Positions 1 through 15,560 of a DNA stretch of 64,000 nt are shown one piece after another. Positions within the stretch are counted from its first letter, which is position 1. The number at the start of each line of letters is the position of its first letter. A model generated the notes under the pieces. It had not been told where the DNA came from. It saw nothing but the letters and a program-made list of their open reading frames with translations, and ran no database searches. Made by a program: the position numbers and the translations under genes. The stretch covers positions 3,348,001 through 3,412,000 of the forward strand of contig CM022677.1 in assembly GCA_012295275.1 (NCBI GenBank). Direction: 5' to 3'. The stretch is from Chrysomallon squamiferum. Its lineage: Eukaryota; Animalia; Mollusca.

Positions 1-3000
1 TTACTTTCATTCTTACTCACATAATTGTAAATGTACTGACTTGCATTCTCTCTGACTTAGGTATTTTGCTTCCCTTGTTTACTTAGGTCATTATTTAGGT
101 AATTATTTAATTTATTTCTTTTACTTAGATAATTGTTAATGTACTTACATTTTTTTGCATTCTCACCAAGTAAGTTGCAACCTTTGTTTTACTTAAGGTC
201 ATTATTTTACGTACTTTTACTTTTATGTTGTTACTGAGATAATTGTTAATGTACAAATTTGTATTTTAAATTAGTTGCTCAGCTTGCCTTGCCAACTTAG
301 ATCATTATTTAATGTACTTACTTACTTTTTTTCTTAGTTAGATAATTGTTAATGTAATTTTACTTAGGTTAATATTTACTAAACTACCTGCTTACTTACT
401 AACCTAGGACATTAGTTAAGTAGTTACTTTACATTCTTACTCACATAATTGTAAAATGTACTGACTTGCATTCTCTCTGACTGACTTAGGTACTTGCTTC
501 CCTTGTTTACTTTATTATTTCATATTAGGTAATTACATTTAATTTATTTATTTTACTTAGATAATTGTTAACGTAATTTATTTTGCATTCTCACCAAGTA
601 AGTTGCAACCTTGTTTTTTACTTAGGTCATTATTTATGTACTTTACTTACGTTGTTACTGAGATAATTGTTAATGTACAAATTTTATTTTAAATTAGTTG
701 CTCTGCTTCTGTTTACCAACTTAGATCATTATTTTAAGTACTTATTTTCCTTTTTTCTTAGTTAGATAATTGTTAATGTACTTACTTAGGTTAATATTTA
801 CTAAACTCACACTGCTTTACTTTTGCTAACCTAGGACATTAGTTAAGTAGTTACTTTCATTCTTACCACACATAATTGTGTAATGTACTGACTTGCATTC
901 TCTCTGACTTAGGTACTTTGGTTTCCTTTGTTTTACTTAGGTCATTATTTATGTAATTACTTAATTTATTTTTACTTAGATAATTGTTAATGTAATTTTA
1001 TTTGCATTCCTCACCAAGTAAGTTGCAACCTTGTTTTTTTAAGGTCATTATTTTATGTACTTACTTATGTTGTTACTGAGATAATTGTTAATGTACAAAT
1101 TTGTATTTTCACTTAGTTGCTCGCTTCGTTGCCAACTTAGATCATTATTTACGTACTTACTTACTTTCTTTCTTACTTAGATAATTGCTAATGTACTTAC
1201 TTAGGTTACTATTTACTAAACTACTCGCTTACTTCCTAACCTAGGACATTAGTTAAGTAGTTACTTACATTCTTACTCACATAATTGAAAATCTACTGAC
1301 TTGCATTCTCTCTTACTTAGGTACTTGCTTCCTTGCTTACTTAGGTCATTATTTAGGTAAGTACTAAATTTATTTCTTAGATAATTGGTAACGTACTTAC
1401 TTGCATTCTCACTAAGTAAGTTGCATTCTTGCTTACTTAGGTCATTATTTACGTACTTACTTACGTTGTTACTGAGATAATTGTTAATGTACAAATTTGC
1501 ATTTTAAATTAGTTGCTCGCTTCCTTACCAACTTAGATCATTATTTAAGTACTTACTTACTTTCTTTCTTAGTTAGATAATTGTTAATGTACTTACTTAG
1601 GTTAATATTTACTAACTCACTCGCTTACTTGCTAACCTAGGACATTTGTTAAGTAGTTACTTTCATTCTTACTCACATAATTGTAAGTGTACTGACTTGC
1701 ATTCTCTCTGACTTAGGTACTTGCTTCCTTGCTTACTTAGGTCATTATTTACGTAATTACTTAATTTATTTCTTACTTAGATAATTGTTAATGTACTTAC
1801 TTGCATTCTCACTAAGTAAGTTGCAACCTTGCTTACTAAGGTCATTATTTACGTACTTACTTACGTTGTTACTGAGATAATTGTTAATGTACAAATTTGT
1901 ATTTTCACTTAGTTGCTCGCTTCGTTGCCAACTTAGATCATTATTGTATTTACTTTACTTTCTTTTTCTTACTTAGATAATTGTTAATGTAATTTACTTA
2001 GGGTTATTTATTTACTAAACTTACACTGCTTTACTTCCTAACCTAGGACATTAGTTAAGTAGTTACTTACATTCTTACTCACATAATTATAAATCTACTG
2101 ACTTGCATTCTCTCTTACTTAGGTACTTGCTTCCTTGCTTACTTAGGTCATTATTTAGGTAAGTACTAAATTTATTTCTTACTTAGATAATTGGTAACGT
2201 ACTTACTTGCATTCTCACTAAGTAAGTTGCATTCTTGCTTACTTAGGTCATTATTTACGTACTTACTTACGTTGTTACTGAGATAATTGTTAATGTACAA
2301 ATTTGCATTTTAAATTAGTTGCTCGCTTCCTTACCAACTTAGATCATTATTTATTTACTTACTTACTTCCTTTCTTTCTTAGTTAGATAATTGTTAATGT
2401 ACTTACTTAGGTTAATATTTACTAACTCACTCGCTTACTTGCTAACCTAGGACATTTGTTAAGTAGTTACTTTCATTCTTACTCACATAATTGTAAGTGT
2501 ACTGACTTGCATTCTCTCTGACTTAGGTACTTGCTTCCTTGCTTACTTAGGTCATTATTTACGTAATTACTTAATTTATTTCTTACTTAGATAATTGTTA
2601 ATGTACTTACTTGCATTCTCACTAACTAAGTAAGTTGCAACCTTGCTTACTAAGGTCATTATTTACGTACTTACTTACGTTGTTACTGAGATAATTGTTA
2701 ATGTACAAATTTGTATTTTCACTTAGTTGCTCGCTTCGTTGCCAACTTAGATCATTATTTACGTACTTACTTACTTTCTTTCTTACTTAGATAATTGCTA
2801 ATGTACTTACTTAGGTTACTATTTACTAACTTACTCGCTTACTTGCTAACCTAGGACATTAGTTAAGTAGTTACTTACATTCTTACTCACATAATTGTAA
2901 ATGTACTGACTTGCATTCTCTCTGACTTAGGTACTTGCTTCCTTGCTTACTTAGGTCATTATTTAGGTAATTACTAAATTTATTTCTTACTTAGATAATT

Positions 3001-6000
3001 GTTAATGTACTTACTTGCATTCTCACTAAAGTAAGTTGCACCCTTGTTTTTACTTAGGTCATTATTTTACGTAATTTTACTTTATTTGTTGTTACTGAGA
3101 TAATTGTTAATGTACAAATTTTTATTTTAAATTAGTTTTGCTTGTTTTACCAACTTAGATCATTATTTAAGTACTTATTTACTTCTTTTCTTTCTTAGTT
3201 AGATAATTGTTAATGTACTTTACTTTAGGTTTATTTACTAACTCACTGCTTACTTTGCTAACCTAGGACATTAGTTAAGTAGTTACTTTTCATTCTTACT
3301 CACATAATTGTAAATGTAACTGACTTGCATCTCTCTCTGACTTAGGTACTTTGCTTTCCTTGTTTACTTTAGGTCATTATTTACGTAATTACTTAATTTA
3401 TTTTACTTACTTAGATAATTGTTAACGTAATTTATTTTTGCATCATTCCTCACTCAAGTAAGTTGCAAACCTTGCTTACTTAAGGTCATTATTTACGTAT
3501 TTATTTTATTGTTGTTACTGAGATAATTGTTAATGTACAAATTTGTATTTAAACTTAGTTGCTTGCTCTGTTGCCAACTTAGATCATTATTTTACGTAAT
3601 TTACTTACTTTCTTTTTTCTTACTTAGATAATTGTTAATGTATTTACTTAGGTTACTATTTACTAACTTACTGCTTACTTCTAACCTAGGACATTAGTTA
3701 AGTAGTTACTTACATTCTTACTCACATAATTGTAAATGTACTGACTTGCATTTCTCTTGACTTAGGTACTTGCTTCCTTGTTTTACTTAGGTCATTATTT
3801 AGGTAATTACTTAAATTTATTTTTTACTTAGATAATTGTTAACGTACTTTAATTTGCATTCATTCTCACTAACCAAGTAAGTTGCAAACCTGCTTTACTT
3901 AGGTCATTATTTACGTACGTATTTACTTTTACATTGTTGTTACTGAGATAATTGTTAATGTACAAATTTTATTTTAAATTAGTTGCTCGCTTCCTTACCA
4001 ACTTAGATCATTATTTAAGTACTTACATTTACTTTCTTTCTTAGTTAGATAATTGTTAATGTAATTTACTTAGGTTAATATTTTACTAACTCACTCGCTT
4101 ACTTGCTAACCTAGGACATTAGTTAAGTAGTTACTTTCATTCTTACTCACATAATTGTAAGTGTACTGACTTGCATTCTCTCTGACTTAGGTACTTGCTT
4201 CCTTGCTTACTTAGGTCATTATTTACGTAATTACTTAATTTATTTCTTACTTAGATAATTGTTAATGTACTTTAACTTGCATTCTCACTAACTAAGTAAG
4301 TTGCAACCTTGCTTACTAAGGTCATTATTCATTATTTACGTACACTTACTTACGTGTTTACTGAGATAATTGTTAATGTACAAATTTTATTTTCACTTAG
4401 TTGCTCGCTTCTGTTGCCAACTTAGATCATTATTTACGTACTTACTTTTTTTTTTTTCTTACTTAGATAATTGTTAATGTACTTACTTAGGTTACTATTT
4501 ACTAACTTACTCGCTTACTTGCTAACCTAGGACATTAGTTAAGTAGTTACTTACATTCTTACTCACATAATTGTAAATGTAATGACTGACTTGCATCTCT
4601 CTGACTTAGGTATTTTGTTTCCTTGCTTACTTAGGTCATTATTTAGGTAATTACTAAATTTATTTCTTACTTAGATAATTGTTAACGTACTTACTTGCAT
4701 TCTCACTAACTAAGTAAGCTGCATTCTTGCTTACTTAGGTCATTATTTACGTACTTACTTACGTTGTTACTGAGATAATTGTTAATGTACAAATTTGCAT
4801 TTTAAATTAGTTGCTCGCTTCCTTACCAACTTAGATCATTATTTAAGTACTTACTTACTTTCTTTCTTAGTTAGATAATTGTTAATGTACTTACTTAGGT
4901 TACTATTTACTAACTCACTCGCTTACTTGCTAACCTAGGACATTAGTTAAGTAGTTACTTTCATTCTTACTCACATAATTGTAAGTGTACTGACTTGCAT
5001 TCTCTCTGACTTAGGTACTTGCTTCCTTGCTTACTTAGGTCATTATTTACGTAATTACTTAATTTATTTCTTACTTAGATAATTGTTAACGTACTTACTT
5101 GCATTCTCACTAACAAGTAAGTTGCAACCTTGCTTACTAAGGTCATTATTTACGTACTTACTTACGTTGTTACTGAGATAATTGTTAATGTACAAATTTT
5201 ATTTTTTCACTTAGTTGCTCGCTTCGTTGCCAACTTAGATCATTATTTACGTACTTACTTTTTCTTTTTTTTCTTACTTAGATAATTGCTAATGTACTTA
5301 CTTAGGTTACTATTTACTAACTTACTCGCTTACTTCCTAACCTAGGACATTAGTTAAGTAGTTACTTACATTCTTACTCACATAATTGTAAATGTACTGA
5401 CTTGCATTCTCTCTTACTTAGGTACTTGCTTCCTTGCTTACTTAGGTCATTATTTAGGTAAGTACTAAATTTATTTCTTACTTAGATAATTGTTAACGTA
5501 CTTACTTGCATTCTCACTAAGTAAGTTGCATTCTTGCTTACTTAGGTCATTATTTACGTAATTTACTTACGTTGTTACTGAGATAATTGTTAATGTACAA
5601 ATTTGCATTTTAAATTAGTTGCTCGCTTCCTTACCAACTTAGATCATTATTTAAGTACTTACTTACTTTCTTTCTTAGTTAGATAATTGTTAATGTACTT
5701 ACTTAGGTTAATATTTACTAACTCACTCGCTTACTTGCTAACCTAGGACATTAGTTAAGTAGTTACTTTCATTCTTACTCACATAATTGTAAGTGTACTG
5801 ACTTGCATTCTCTCTGACTTAGGTACTTGCTTCCTTGCTTACTTAGGTCATTATTTACGTAATTACTTAATTTATTTCTTACTTAGATAATTGTTAATGT
5901 ACTTACTTGCATTTCTAACTAAGTAAGTTGCAACCTTGCTTACTAAGGTCATTATTTACGTACTTACTTACGTTGTTACTGAGATAATTGTTAATGTACA

Positions 6001-7899
6001 AATTTGTATTTTCACTTAGTTGCTCGCTTCGTTGCCAACTTAGATCATTATTTACGTACTTACTTACTTTCTTTCTTACTTAGATAATTGCTAATGTACT
6101 TACTTAGGTTACTATTTACTAACTTACTCGCTTACTTGCTAACCTAGGACATTAGTTAAGTAGTTACTTACATTCTTACTCACATAATTATAAATCTACT
6201 GACTTGCATTCTCTCTTACTTAGGTACTTGCTTCCTTGCTTTTGTTTTAGGTCATTATTTAGGTAATTACTAAATTTTATTTTTACTTAGATAATTGTTA
6301 ACGTGTAATTTATTTTACTTTGCATTCTCACCAAGTAAGTTGCAAACCTTTGTTTACTTTAGGTCATTATTATTTACGTATTTATTTTCGTTGTTGTTAC
6401 TGAGATAATTGTTAATGTACAAATTTGTATTTTAAATTAGTTGCTGCTTTCCTTACCAACTTAGATCATTATTTAAGTAATTTACTTCCTTTCTCTTTTC
6501 TTAGTTAGATAATTGTTAATGTAATTTACTTTAGGTTAATATTTACTAACTTACCTGCTTACTTGCTAACCTAGGACATTAGTTAAGTAGTTACTTTCAT
6601 TCTTACTCACATAATTGTAAGTGTACTGACTTGCATTCTCTCTGACTTAGGTACTTGCTTCCTTGCTTACTTAGGTCATTATTTACGTAATTACTTAATT
6701 TATTTCTTACTTAGATAATTGTTAACGTAATTTATTTGCATTCTCACTAACTAAGTAAGTTGCAACCTTGCTTTACTAAGGTCATTATTATTTACGTACT
6801 TATTTTTTACGTTGTTACTGAGATAATTGTTAATGTACAAATTTTTATTTTAAAATTAGTTTGCTCTTCCTTACCAACTTAGATCATTATTATTTAAGTA
6901 CTTATTTACTTACTTTCTTTCTTAGTTAGATAATTGTTAATGTACTTACTTAGGTTACTATTTATTTTAACTAACTCACCTTACTTTACTAACCTAGGAC
7001 ATTAGTTAAGTAGTTACTTTCATTCTTACTCACATAATTGTAAATGTACTGACTTGCATTTCTCTGACTTAGGGTTTTGCTTCCTTGTTTACTTAGGTCA
7101 TTATTTACGTAATTACTTTAATTTATTTTACTTAGATAATTGTTAATGTAATTTACTTGCATTCTCACTAACCAAGTAAGTTGCAAACCTTGCTTTACTA
7201 AGGTCACATTTACGTACTTAATTTATGTTGTTACTGAGATAATTGTTAATGTACAAATTTGTATTTTAAACTTAGTTGCCTGCTCTGCTGCCAACTTAGA
7301 TCATTATTTTACGTAATTTACTTTCTTTTCTTTCTTACTTTAGATAATTTGTTAATGTACTTACTTAGGTTACTATTTACTAAACTCACTGCCTTATTTC
7401 CTAACCTAGGACATTAGTTAAGTAGTTACTTTACATTCTTACTCACATAATTGTAAATGTACTGACTTGCATTCTCCTCTTACTTAGGCAATTCTTTTCC
7501 TTGTTTATTTAGGTCATTATTTAGGTAAGTACTAAATTTATTTCTTACTTAGATAATTGTTAACGTATTTTTATTTGCATTCTCACCAAGTAAGTTGCAT
7601 TCTTGCATTTACTTAGGTCATTATTTACGTACTTACTTCATGTTGTTACTGAGATAATTGTTAATGTACAAATTTGCATTTTAAATTAGTTGCTCGCCTT
7701 CCTACCAACTTAGATCATTATTTAAGTACTTACTTACTCTTTTCTTAGTTAGATAATTGTTAATGTACTTTACTTAGGTTAATATTTACTAACTCACTCG
7801 CTTACTTGCTAACCTAGGACATTAGTTAAGAAGTTACTTTTCATTCTTACTCACATAATTGTAAGTGTACTGACTTGCATTCTCTCTGACTTAGGTACT

Positions 7900-10800
7900 T
7901 GCTTCCTGTTTACTGAGGGGTCATTATTTCATGTAATTATTTTAATTTATTTCTTACTTAGATAATTGTTAATGTACTTACATTGCATTCTCACTTTTAA
8001 GTAAGTTTGCAACCCTTGCTTAATGTCATTATTTCATTTAATTTCACTTGCTTCTTACTTGAGATAATTGTTAAATGTAAAAATTTTTATTTTCACTTAG
8101 GTTTGCTTCTGCTTTGCCTTTTAGATCATTATTTTTAAGCACTTTACTTTCTTTCTCACTTAGATAATAACTAATGTACTTACTTAGGTTACTTTTCATT
8201 TACTAAACTTAATCCAACATTTCCAAACCCAGGACATTAGTTAGGAAGTTACTTTCATTCTTACTCACATAATTATAAATCCACTGACTTGCATTCCTCT
8301 CACTTCTAGGTATTTTGCTTCCTTTGCTTACTTTAGGTCATTATTTAGGTAATTACTAAATTTATTTCTTTACTTAGATAATTGGTAATGTACTTACTTG
8401 CATTCCCTTTTCAAGTAAGTTTAAAATTATTGATTTACTTAGGTCATTATTTGCAGTTACTTCATGCTGTTACTGAGATAATTGTTAATGCACAAATTTT
8501 TATTTTTAAATTAGTTGCCTGCTTTCCATACCAACTTAGGATTAGTCATTCATCAATTTACTTATTTACTTTCTTTTTTAGTTAGATAATAATGTGTTAA
8601 TTAGGTTAATATTTACAAATTTAACTCACTATTCAACATGATCAATTTTAAAGTGGATACAAGGACTTGTTTTGTTAGTAGTTACTTTCAATTCTTACTG
8701 CCACATAAATTGTCAATTGTTCACTGACTTCAGTATCATCTCTCTGACTTAGGTAATTTTCTCGTTTGTTACTCTAGGTCATCATTTTGATTGCAATTCA
8801 CTTAATTTATTTCTTCACTTAGATAATTGTTAATGCACTTACTTGCATTCCTAACTGTGAAGTGAATTTGCAAACCTTTTTTACTTGGCACAACATTTTA
8901 CTTATCTTACTTAGTTACTGAGATAATTGTTAATATTTACAATTTTTATTTTCAATTAGTAGTAACCTAGACTTGCTGCCAATCTTAGATCATCATTTTA
9001 TTGTACTTCTACTTTTACTTTCTCTCTAACTAGATAATTCATAAATGTAATTTCTTATTTTAGGCTACTTTTAACCTAATTGCCTACTTGCCAACCCAGG
9101 ACCTAGGAGACATTAGTTAAGCTTAGTTACTTACATTCCCACACACACACCAAAAATCCAATTGACTTGCATCTCTCTTGACTTAGGCACTCTGCTTCCT
9201 GCTTCACTTAAGGTCATTTTTTTAAAGTACTAAATTCTATCAAAAACTTAGATACCAGGTAACGCACTTCTTACTTCCAAATATTAAAGTAATTTTAATT
9301 GTTGCTTACTTACCAACATTTATTTTACGTACTTACTTAGCTGTTACTGAGATAATTCCTTTGCACAAACATTGAAATTTTAAATTACCTTGCTTCGCTT
9401 CCTCACTGAAGGTACTCTTCATTTAAGGGTTTACTTACTTCTCTTTAGTTAGATAACTGTTAATTCCATTTACTTAGGTTAATAATGTACTTGATTAACC
9501 TACTCCCCTCACTACAAGCTGCAAACCTGAGACACTAATCAAGTAGTTATTTATCATTCCTATCCTACACCAAAGGTTACTGACAAATCTGCATCTCTCT
9601 GACTTAGCTAGCTCTGCTTTCCAATACAACTGAGATACCATTACGCAATGCAATTCTCTTAATTTGTTTCCACTTTTAGATAAATTGCTTAATGTACTTA
9701 CTCCAGGCATTCCTCACTCAACATTTTTGCAAACTATAACCCACTGACTCCAGCACATTTCCATTTAGGTACTGTTCCCTAAGCTGTTACTGAGATAGGT
9801 AAGCACTCCAAAAATCTATCATTTCATAACTTAGCTGCTCCTGCACTCAAGCATGCTGCATCTGCATTTCCAGGCCTTACTTCTCTTCTCTTCTCTTCAC
9901 TCTAGATAAATTGCTAATGTATAACTTGGTTAGGTTACAACTTTCCCACAAACCACCTTGCATTTACTCCTACCAACCTAGGACATTCTAAGCACCAGTT
10001 ACTTACATTCTTACCTTACATAACTATAACCCAATTGACTTCCCATTAGAACTCCCGCACTTAGCCTACTTGCTTCCTAACCTCTAGGACACCCATTTTA
10101 TTGCAATTACTAATTTATTCCTACTTAGATAACAGTAATTGTAATTTACTTTGCATTCCTTCCTGACTTAAGTTTGCAACTCCTTGCTTTACTATGTCAC
10201 ATTTTTCCATGCATTTACTCATGTTCCCACTGAGATAATTCATAATGCACAAAACCTAGGCCTTCACTTAGTTGCCTGCCTCACAAGCAACTTAGATCAT
10301 TATTTTAAGTATCTTACTTACATTTTCTTTCTTAGTTAGATAATTGTTTAATACTACTTTACTTAGGTTACTATTTACTTAACTACTGCTTATTTACTTT
10401 TGTTTAGGTTATTTTTAGTTTAGTAGTTACTTTCATTCTTACTTACATAATAATTGTAACTTGTACTGACTTGCATTTTCTCTTACTTAGGTACTTGTTT
10501 CCTTTGCTTATTAGGTAATTTATTTTCATTATTTAATTATTTAATTTATTTCTTACTTAGATAATTGTTAATGTACTTACTTGCATTCTCACTAACTAAG
10601 TAAGTTGCAACCTTGCTTACTAAGGTCATTATTTTACGTACTTACTTACGTTGTTACTGAGATAATTGTTAATGTACAAATTTGTATTTCACTTAGTTTT
10701 TCACTTAGTTGCTCAAGCTTTTTTAGATCATTATTACGTACTTCATTACTTTCTTTCTTACTTACTTTCTTTACTTTTTTTTTTACTTAGATAATTACTA

Positions 10801-13800
10801 TTTACTACTTACTTAGGTTACTATTTACTAAACTACTAATTACTTACTTACCTAACCTTAGGACATTAGTTTTTAGTTCTTTCTTACATTCTTACATAAT
10901 TACTTAATTTTCTTATTCTTGACTTTATTCTCTCTTACTTAGGTACTTTTTTTTTTGCTTACTTAGGTCATTATTTATTTAGGTAATTAATTTAAATTTA
11001 TTTCTTACTTAGATAATTAACTTAACTTACTTACTTGCATTCTAACTAAGTAAGTTGCACTTGCTTTTACTTATTTATTTATTTACGTACTTTGTTTACG
11101 TTGTTACTGAGATAATTGTTAATGTACAAATTTGCATTTTTAAATTAGTTGCTCGCTTCCTTACCAACTTAGATCATTATTTAAGTACTTACTTACTTTC
11201 TTTCTTAGTTAGATAATTGTTAATGTACTTACTTAGGTTAATATTTACTAACTCACTGCTTACTTACTAACCTAGGTTATTTATTAAGTAGTTAACTCAG
11301 GACATTTACTAACCATAGGACATTAGTTAAGTAGTTTCTTTCATTCTTATAACATAATTGTAACTTACTGACTTGCATTTCTCTTACTTAGGTCCTTGCT
11401 TCCTACTTTACATTTAGGTCATTATTTATTTAATTAATTTAATTTATTTTTACTTAGATAATTGTTAATGTACTTACTTTACTTGCATTTCTCAACTAAC
11501 TAAGGTAAGTTGCAACCTTACTTTTTAAGGTCATTATTTAAATTTTATTTTATACTTACTGTTGTTACTGAGATAATTGTTAAATTTTTACAATTTTTTG
11601 TATTTTACTTAGTTTATTTTTTCTTGTTGCCAACTTAGATCATTATTTATACTTTACTTTCTTTTTCTTTCTTACTTAGATAATTGCTAATGTACTTACT
11701 TAGGTTACTATTTACTAACTTACTCGCTTACTTGCTAACCTAGGACATTAGTTAAGTAGTTACTTACATTCTTACTCACATAATTATAAATCTACTGACT
11801 TGCATTCTCTCTGACTTAGGTACTTTCTTACTTACTTACTTGTCTTATTTTTTTTCCTTTATTTATTTTAATTTATTAAATTTTAGGTAATTACTTAAAT
11901 TTATTTCTTACTTAGATAATTGGTAACGTACTTATTTGCATTCTAACTTAAGTTATTTTGCATTTTTTTTTTAGGTATTATTTACGTTTATTTTTTGTTT
12001 TAATTGTTTGTTTATTACAAATAATTGTTATTTAAACAAATTTTTTATTTTAAATTAGTTGCTCACTTTATTATTATTTTACTTATCATTTTTATCATTT
12101 TTTTACTTACTTACTTTCTTTCTTAGTTAGATAATTCTGTTAATGTAATTACTTAGGGGTTGGCACTCCTTTACTAATCCCACTCTGCTACTTGCTAACC
12201 CCAGGACATTATTTGTTAAGTAGTTACTTTCATTCTTACTCAAATAATTGTAAGTGTACTGATTTTGCATCCTTCTGACCTAGGTACTGCTTGTTTCCTT
12301 TTTATTTAGGGGTCATTATTTACGTAATCATTTAATTATTTTCTATTTAGATTAGTTAAATTCCCATTTTGCCCCCTCACTAATAAGTAAGTTGTGTAAA
12401 CCCTGTTTATTTTAAGGTCATTATTTCACGTGTACTTACTCCATGTTTTTACTGAGATAATTTCCTGTTAATGTACAAATTGATATTTTCAGTTAGTTGC
12501 CTTCAGTTTCCTGTTGCCAACTCTAGATTTTATTATTTATTTACGTACTTACTTACTTCTTCCTTTTAACTTAGATGATAATTGGTTAATGCATTTACTT
12601 GTTTTTATTTTTTACTAACCACCTCATTCATTTTCCTAACCTAGGACATTAGTGGCAAAGTTACTTATATTCTCACTCAAAATAATTGTGTGTAATTGAG
12701 GGACTTTGCATTCCTGACTTAGGTACTTGGTTTTCCTCCTTGCTTACTTAGGCCATTTAGGCAAATACTTAAATTTATTTCTTTACTTAGATAATTGTTA
12801 ATGCAATTTATTTTACCTCCTCACTAAGTAAGTTGCATTTGTTGCTTACTTTAGGGGCATTATTTATTATTTTTATTTCCTTACTGAGATGTTGTTAATG
12901 TAATAAATTTTAAATTTGCATTTTTAAATTAGTTGCCTCAGCTTCCTTTACCAACTTAGATCATTATTTACGTACATAAATTACTTTCCTTCTTAGTTAG
13001 AAAATTGTTAATGTAATTTACTTAGGTTAATATTTTTAATAACTCACTCACTTTTCGCTTTTTTTAACCTAGACATTAGTTAAGTATTACTTAATATCTT
13101 CACTCACATCTTCTTATGGGAAAGTACTGATTTGCATTTTCTGACTTAGGTACTCTGCTTCTTTGCTTATTTAGTCATTATTTCATGTTCAATCAATTAA
13201 TTTATTACCTATTTTCTACTTAGATAATTGTTAATGTACTCTTTTACTTTCCCTTCTCACTATTAAGTTGCAAACATTTGTTGTCATTATTTTACGCTGC
13301 AATTTTGTTTATGTTCTTACTGAGGTAATCGTTACTGTACAAATTTGTATTTTTTCCTTAGTTGCTCGCCTTGTTGCCAACATAGATCATTATTTATTGC
13401 ACTTATTTTCTTTCTCTTTTTACTCTTTTCATATCATTGCTTAATGTATCACATTTTAGGTTGTTTATTTACTAAACTACATAATATTATTTTTCTTAAC
13501 CTAGGGGACACATTAGTTAAAGCAGTTACTACATTCTTACTCACATAATTGATAACCCACTGACTTGCTTTTCTCTTACTTAGATAATTTGCTTCCTTGT
13601 TTTCATTAGGGGTATTATTTAGGTAAGTACTTTAATTATTTATTTTTACTTAGATAATTGGTAACGTACTTATTTTTACTGAGATTTGACTTAAGTAATT
13701 TTGCATTGTTGCTTTACTTAGGTCATTATTTTTACGTAATCATACGCTATTGCTTTTTAATTGAGATAATTGTTAATGTACAAATTTGCATTTTAAATTA

Positions 13801-14330
13801 GTTGCTCGCTTTCCTTACCAACTTATATCTTTATTTAAGTAATTTAATTTACTTTCTTTTCTTAGTTAGATAATTGTTAATCCATTCTTACTTATTTTAC
13901 ACATTTACTTAACTCACTTGCCTGGCCATTTGCTAAACCTAGGACATTAGTTAAGTTAGTTATTTCATTTTTTCCCAAATAATTGTAAGTGTACTGACTT
14001 GCATTCTCTCTGACTTAGGTACCTTTTTTTGCTGGTTTACTTAGGTCATTATTTACGTAATTACTTAATTTTATTTCTTATGTTAGATAATTGTTAATGT
14101 ACTTTACTTGCTCACCCACCAAGTTGCAATTTTACTTACTAAGTCATTATTTACGTACTTAATTTACGTTCCTTACTGAGATAATTGTTAATGTACAAAT
14201 TTTTATTTTATTTTAGTTGCTTGCTTCTTCCTGCCAACTTAGATCATTATTTATGTGTAATTTACTTTCTTTTTTTTTGTAATATTTACTTAAACCACTG
14301 CTTTTTTGCTAACCTAGGACATTAGTTAAG
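7900..14330 (+). repeat. Highly degenerate or noisy part of the same satellite, worst at about 8500-10300
   Basis: Anchors (ttactgagata, cttagataa, ggacatt) persist at roughly 400-bp spacing, but with dense indels, homopolymer expansions and C-rich substitutions. Confidence 0.85.
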
Positions 14331-15560
14331 TAGTTACTTTACATTCTTACTCACATAATTGTAAATCTACTGACTTGCATTCTCTCTTACTTAGGTACTT
14401 GCTTCCTTTTGCTTTTATTTAGGGTCATTATTTAGGTAAGTACCAAAATTTATTTCATATTTAGATAATTGTTAACGTATTGCATTTTTGCATTCTCACA
14501 AAGTAAGTTGCAACCTTGTTTTAGGTCATTATTTCACGTATTTACTTTACGTTGTTACTGAGATAATTGTTAATGTACAAATTTGCATTTTAAATTAGTT
14601 GCTCGCTTCCTTACCAACTTATATCATTATTTAAGTACTTACTTACTTTCTTTCTTAGTTAGATAATTGTTAATGTACTTACTTAGGTTAATATTTACTA
14701 ACTCACTTGCTTACTTGCTAACCTAGGACATTTGTTAAGTAGTTACTTTCATTCTTACTCACATAATTGTAAGTGTACTGACTTGCATTCTCTCTGACTT
14801 AGGTACTTGCTTCCTTGCTTACTTAGGTCATTATTTACGTAATTACTTAATTTATTTCTTACTTAGATAATTGTTAATGTACTTACTTGCATTCTCACTA
14901 AGTAAGTTGCAACCTTGCTTACTAAGGTCATTATTTACGTACTTACTTACGTTCTTACTGAGATAATTGTTAATGTACAAATTTGTATTTTTTACTTAGT
15001 TGCTCTCTTCTGTTGCCAACTTAGATCATTATTTTTACTTACTTACTTTCTTTCTTACTAGTTAGATAATTGCTAATGTACTTACTTAGGTTACTATTTT
15101 ACTAAACTACTGCTTTTACTTGCTAACCTAGGACATTAGTTAAGTAGTTACTTACATTCTTACTCACATAATTGAAACTACTGACTTGCATTCTCTCTTA
15201 CTTAGGTACTTGCTTCCTTGCTTACTTAGGTCATTATTTAGGTAAGTACTAAATTTATTTCTTACTTAGATAATTGGTAACGTACTTACTTGCATTCTCA
15301 CAAAGTAAGTTGCATTGTTGTTTACTTAGGTCATTATTTACGTACTTACTTACGTTGTTACTGAGATAATTGTTAATGTACAAATTTGCATTTTAAATTA
15401 GTTGCTCGCTTCCTTACCAACTTATATCATTATTTAAGTACTTACTTACTTTCTTTCTTAGTTAGATAATTGTTAATGTACTTACTTAGGTTAATATTTA
15501 CTAACTCACTCGCTTACTTGCTAACCTAGGACATTTGTTAAGTAGTTACTTTCATTCTTA

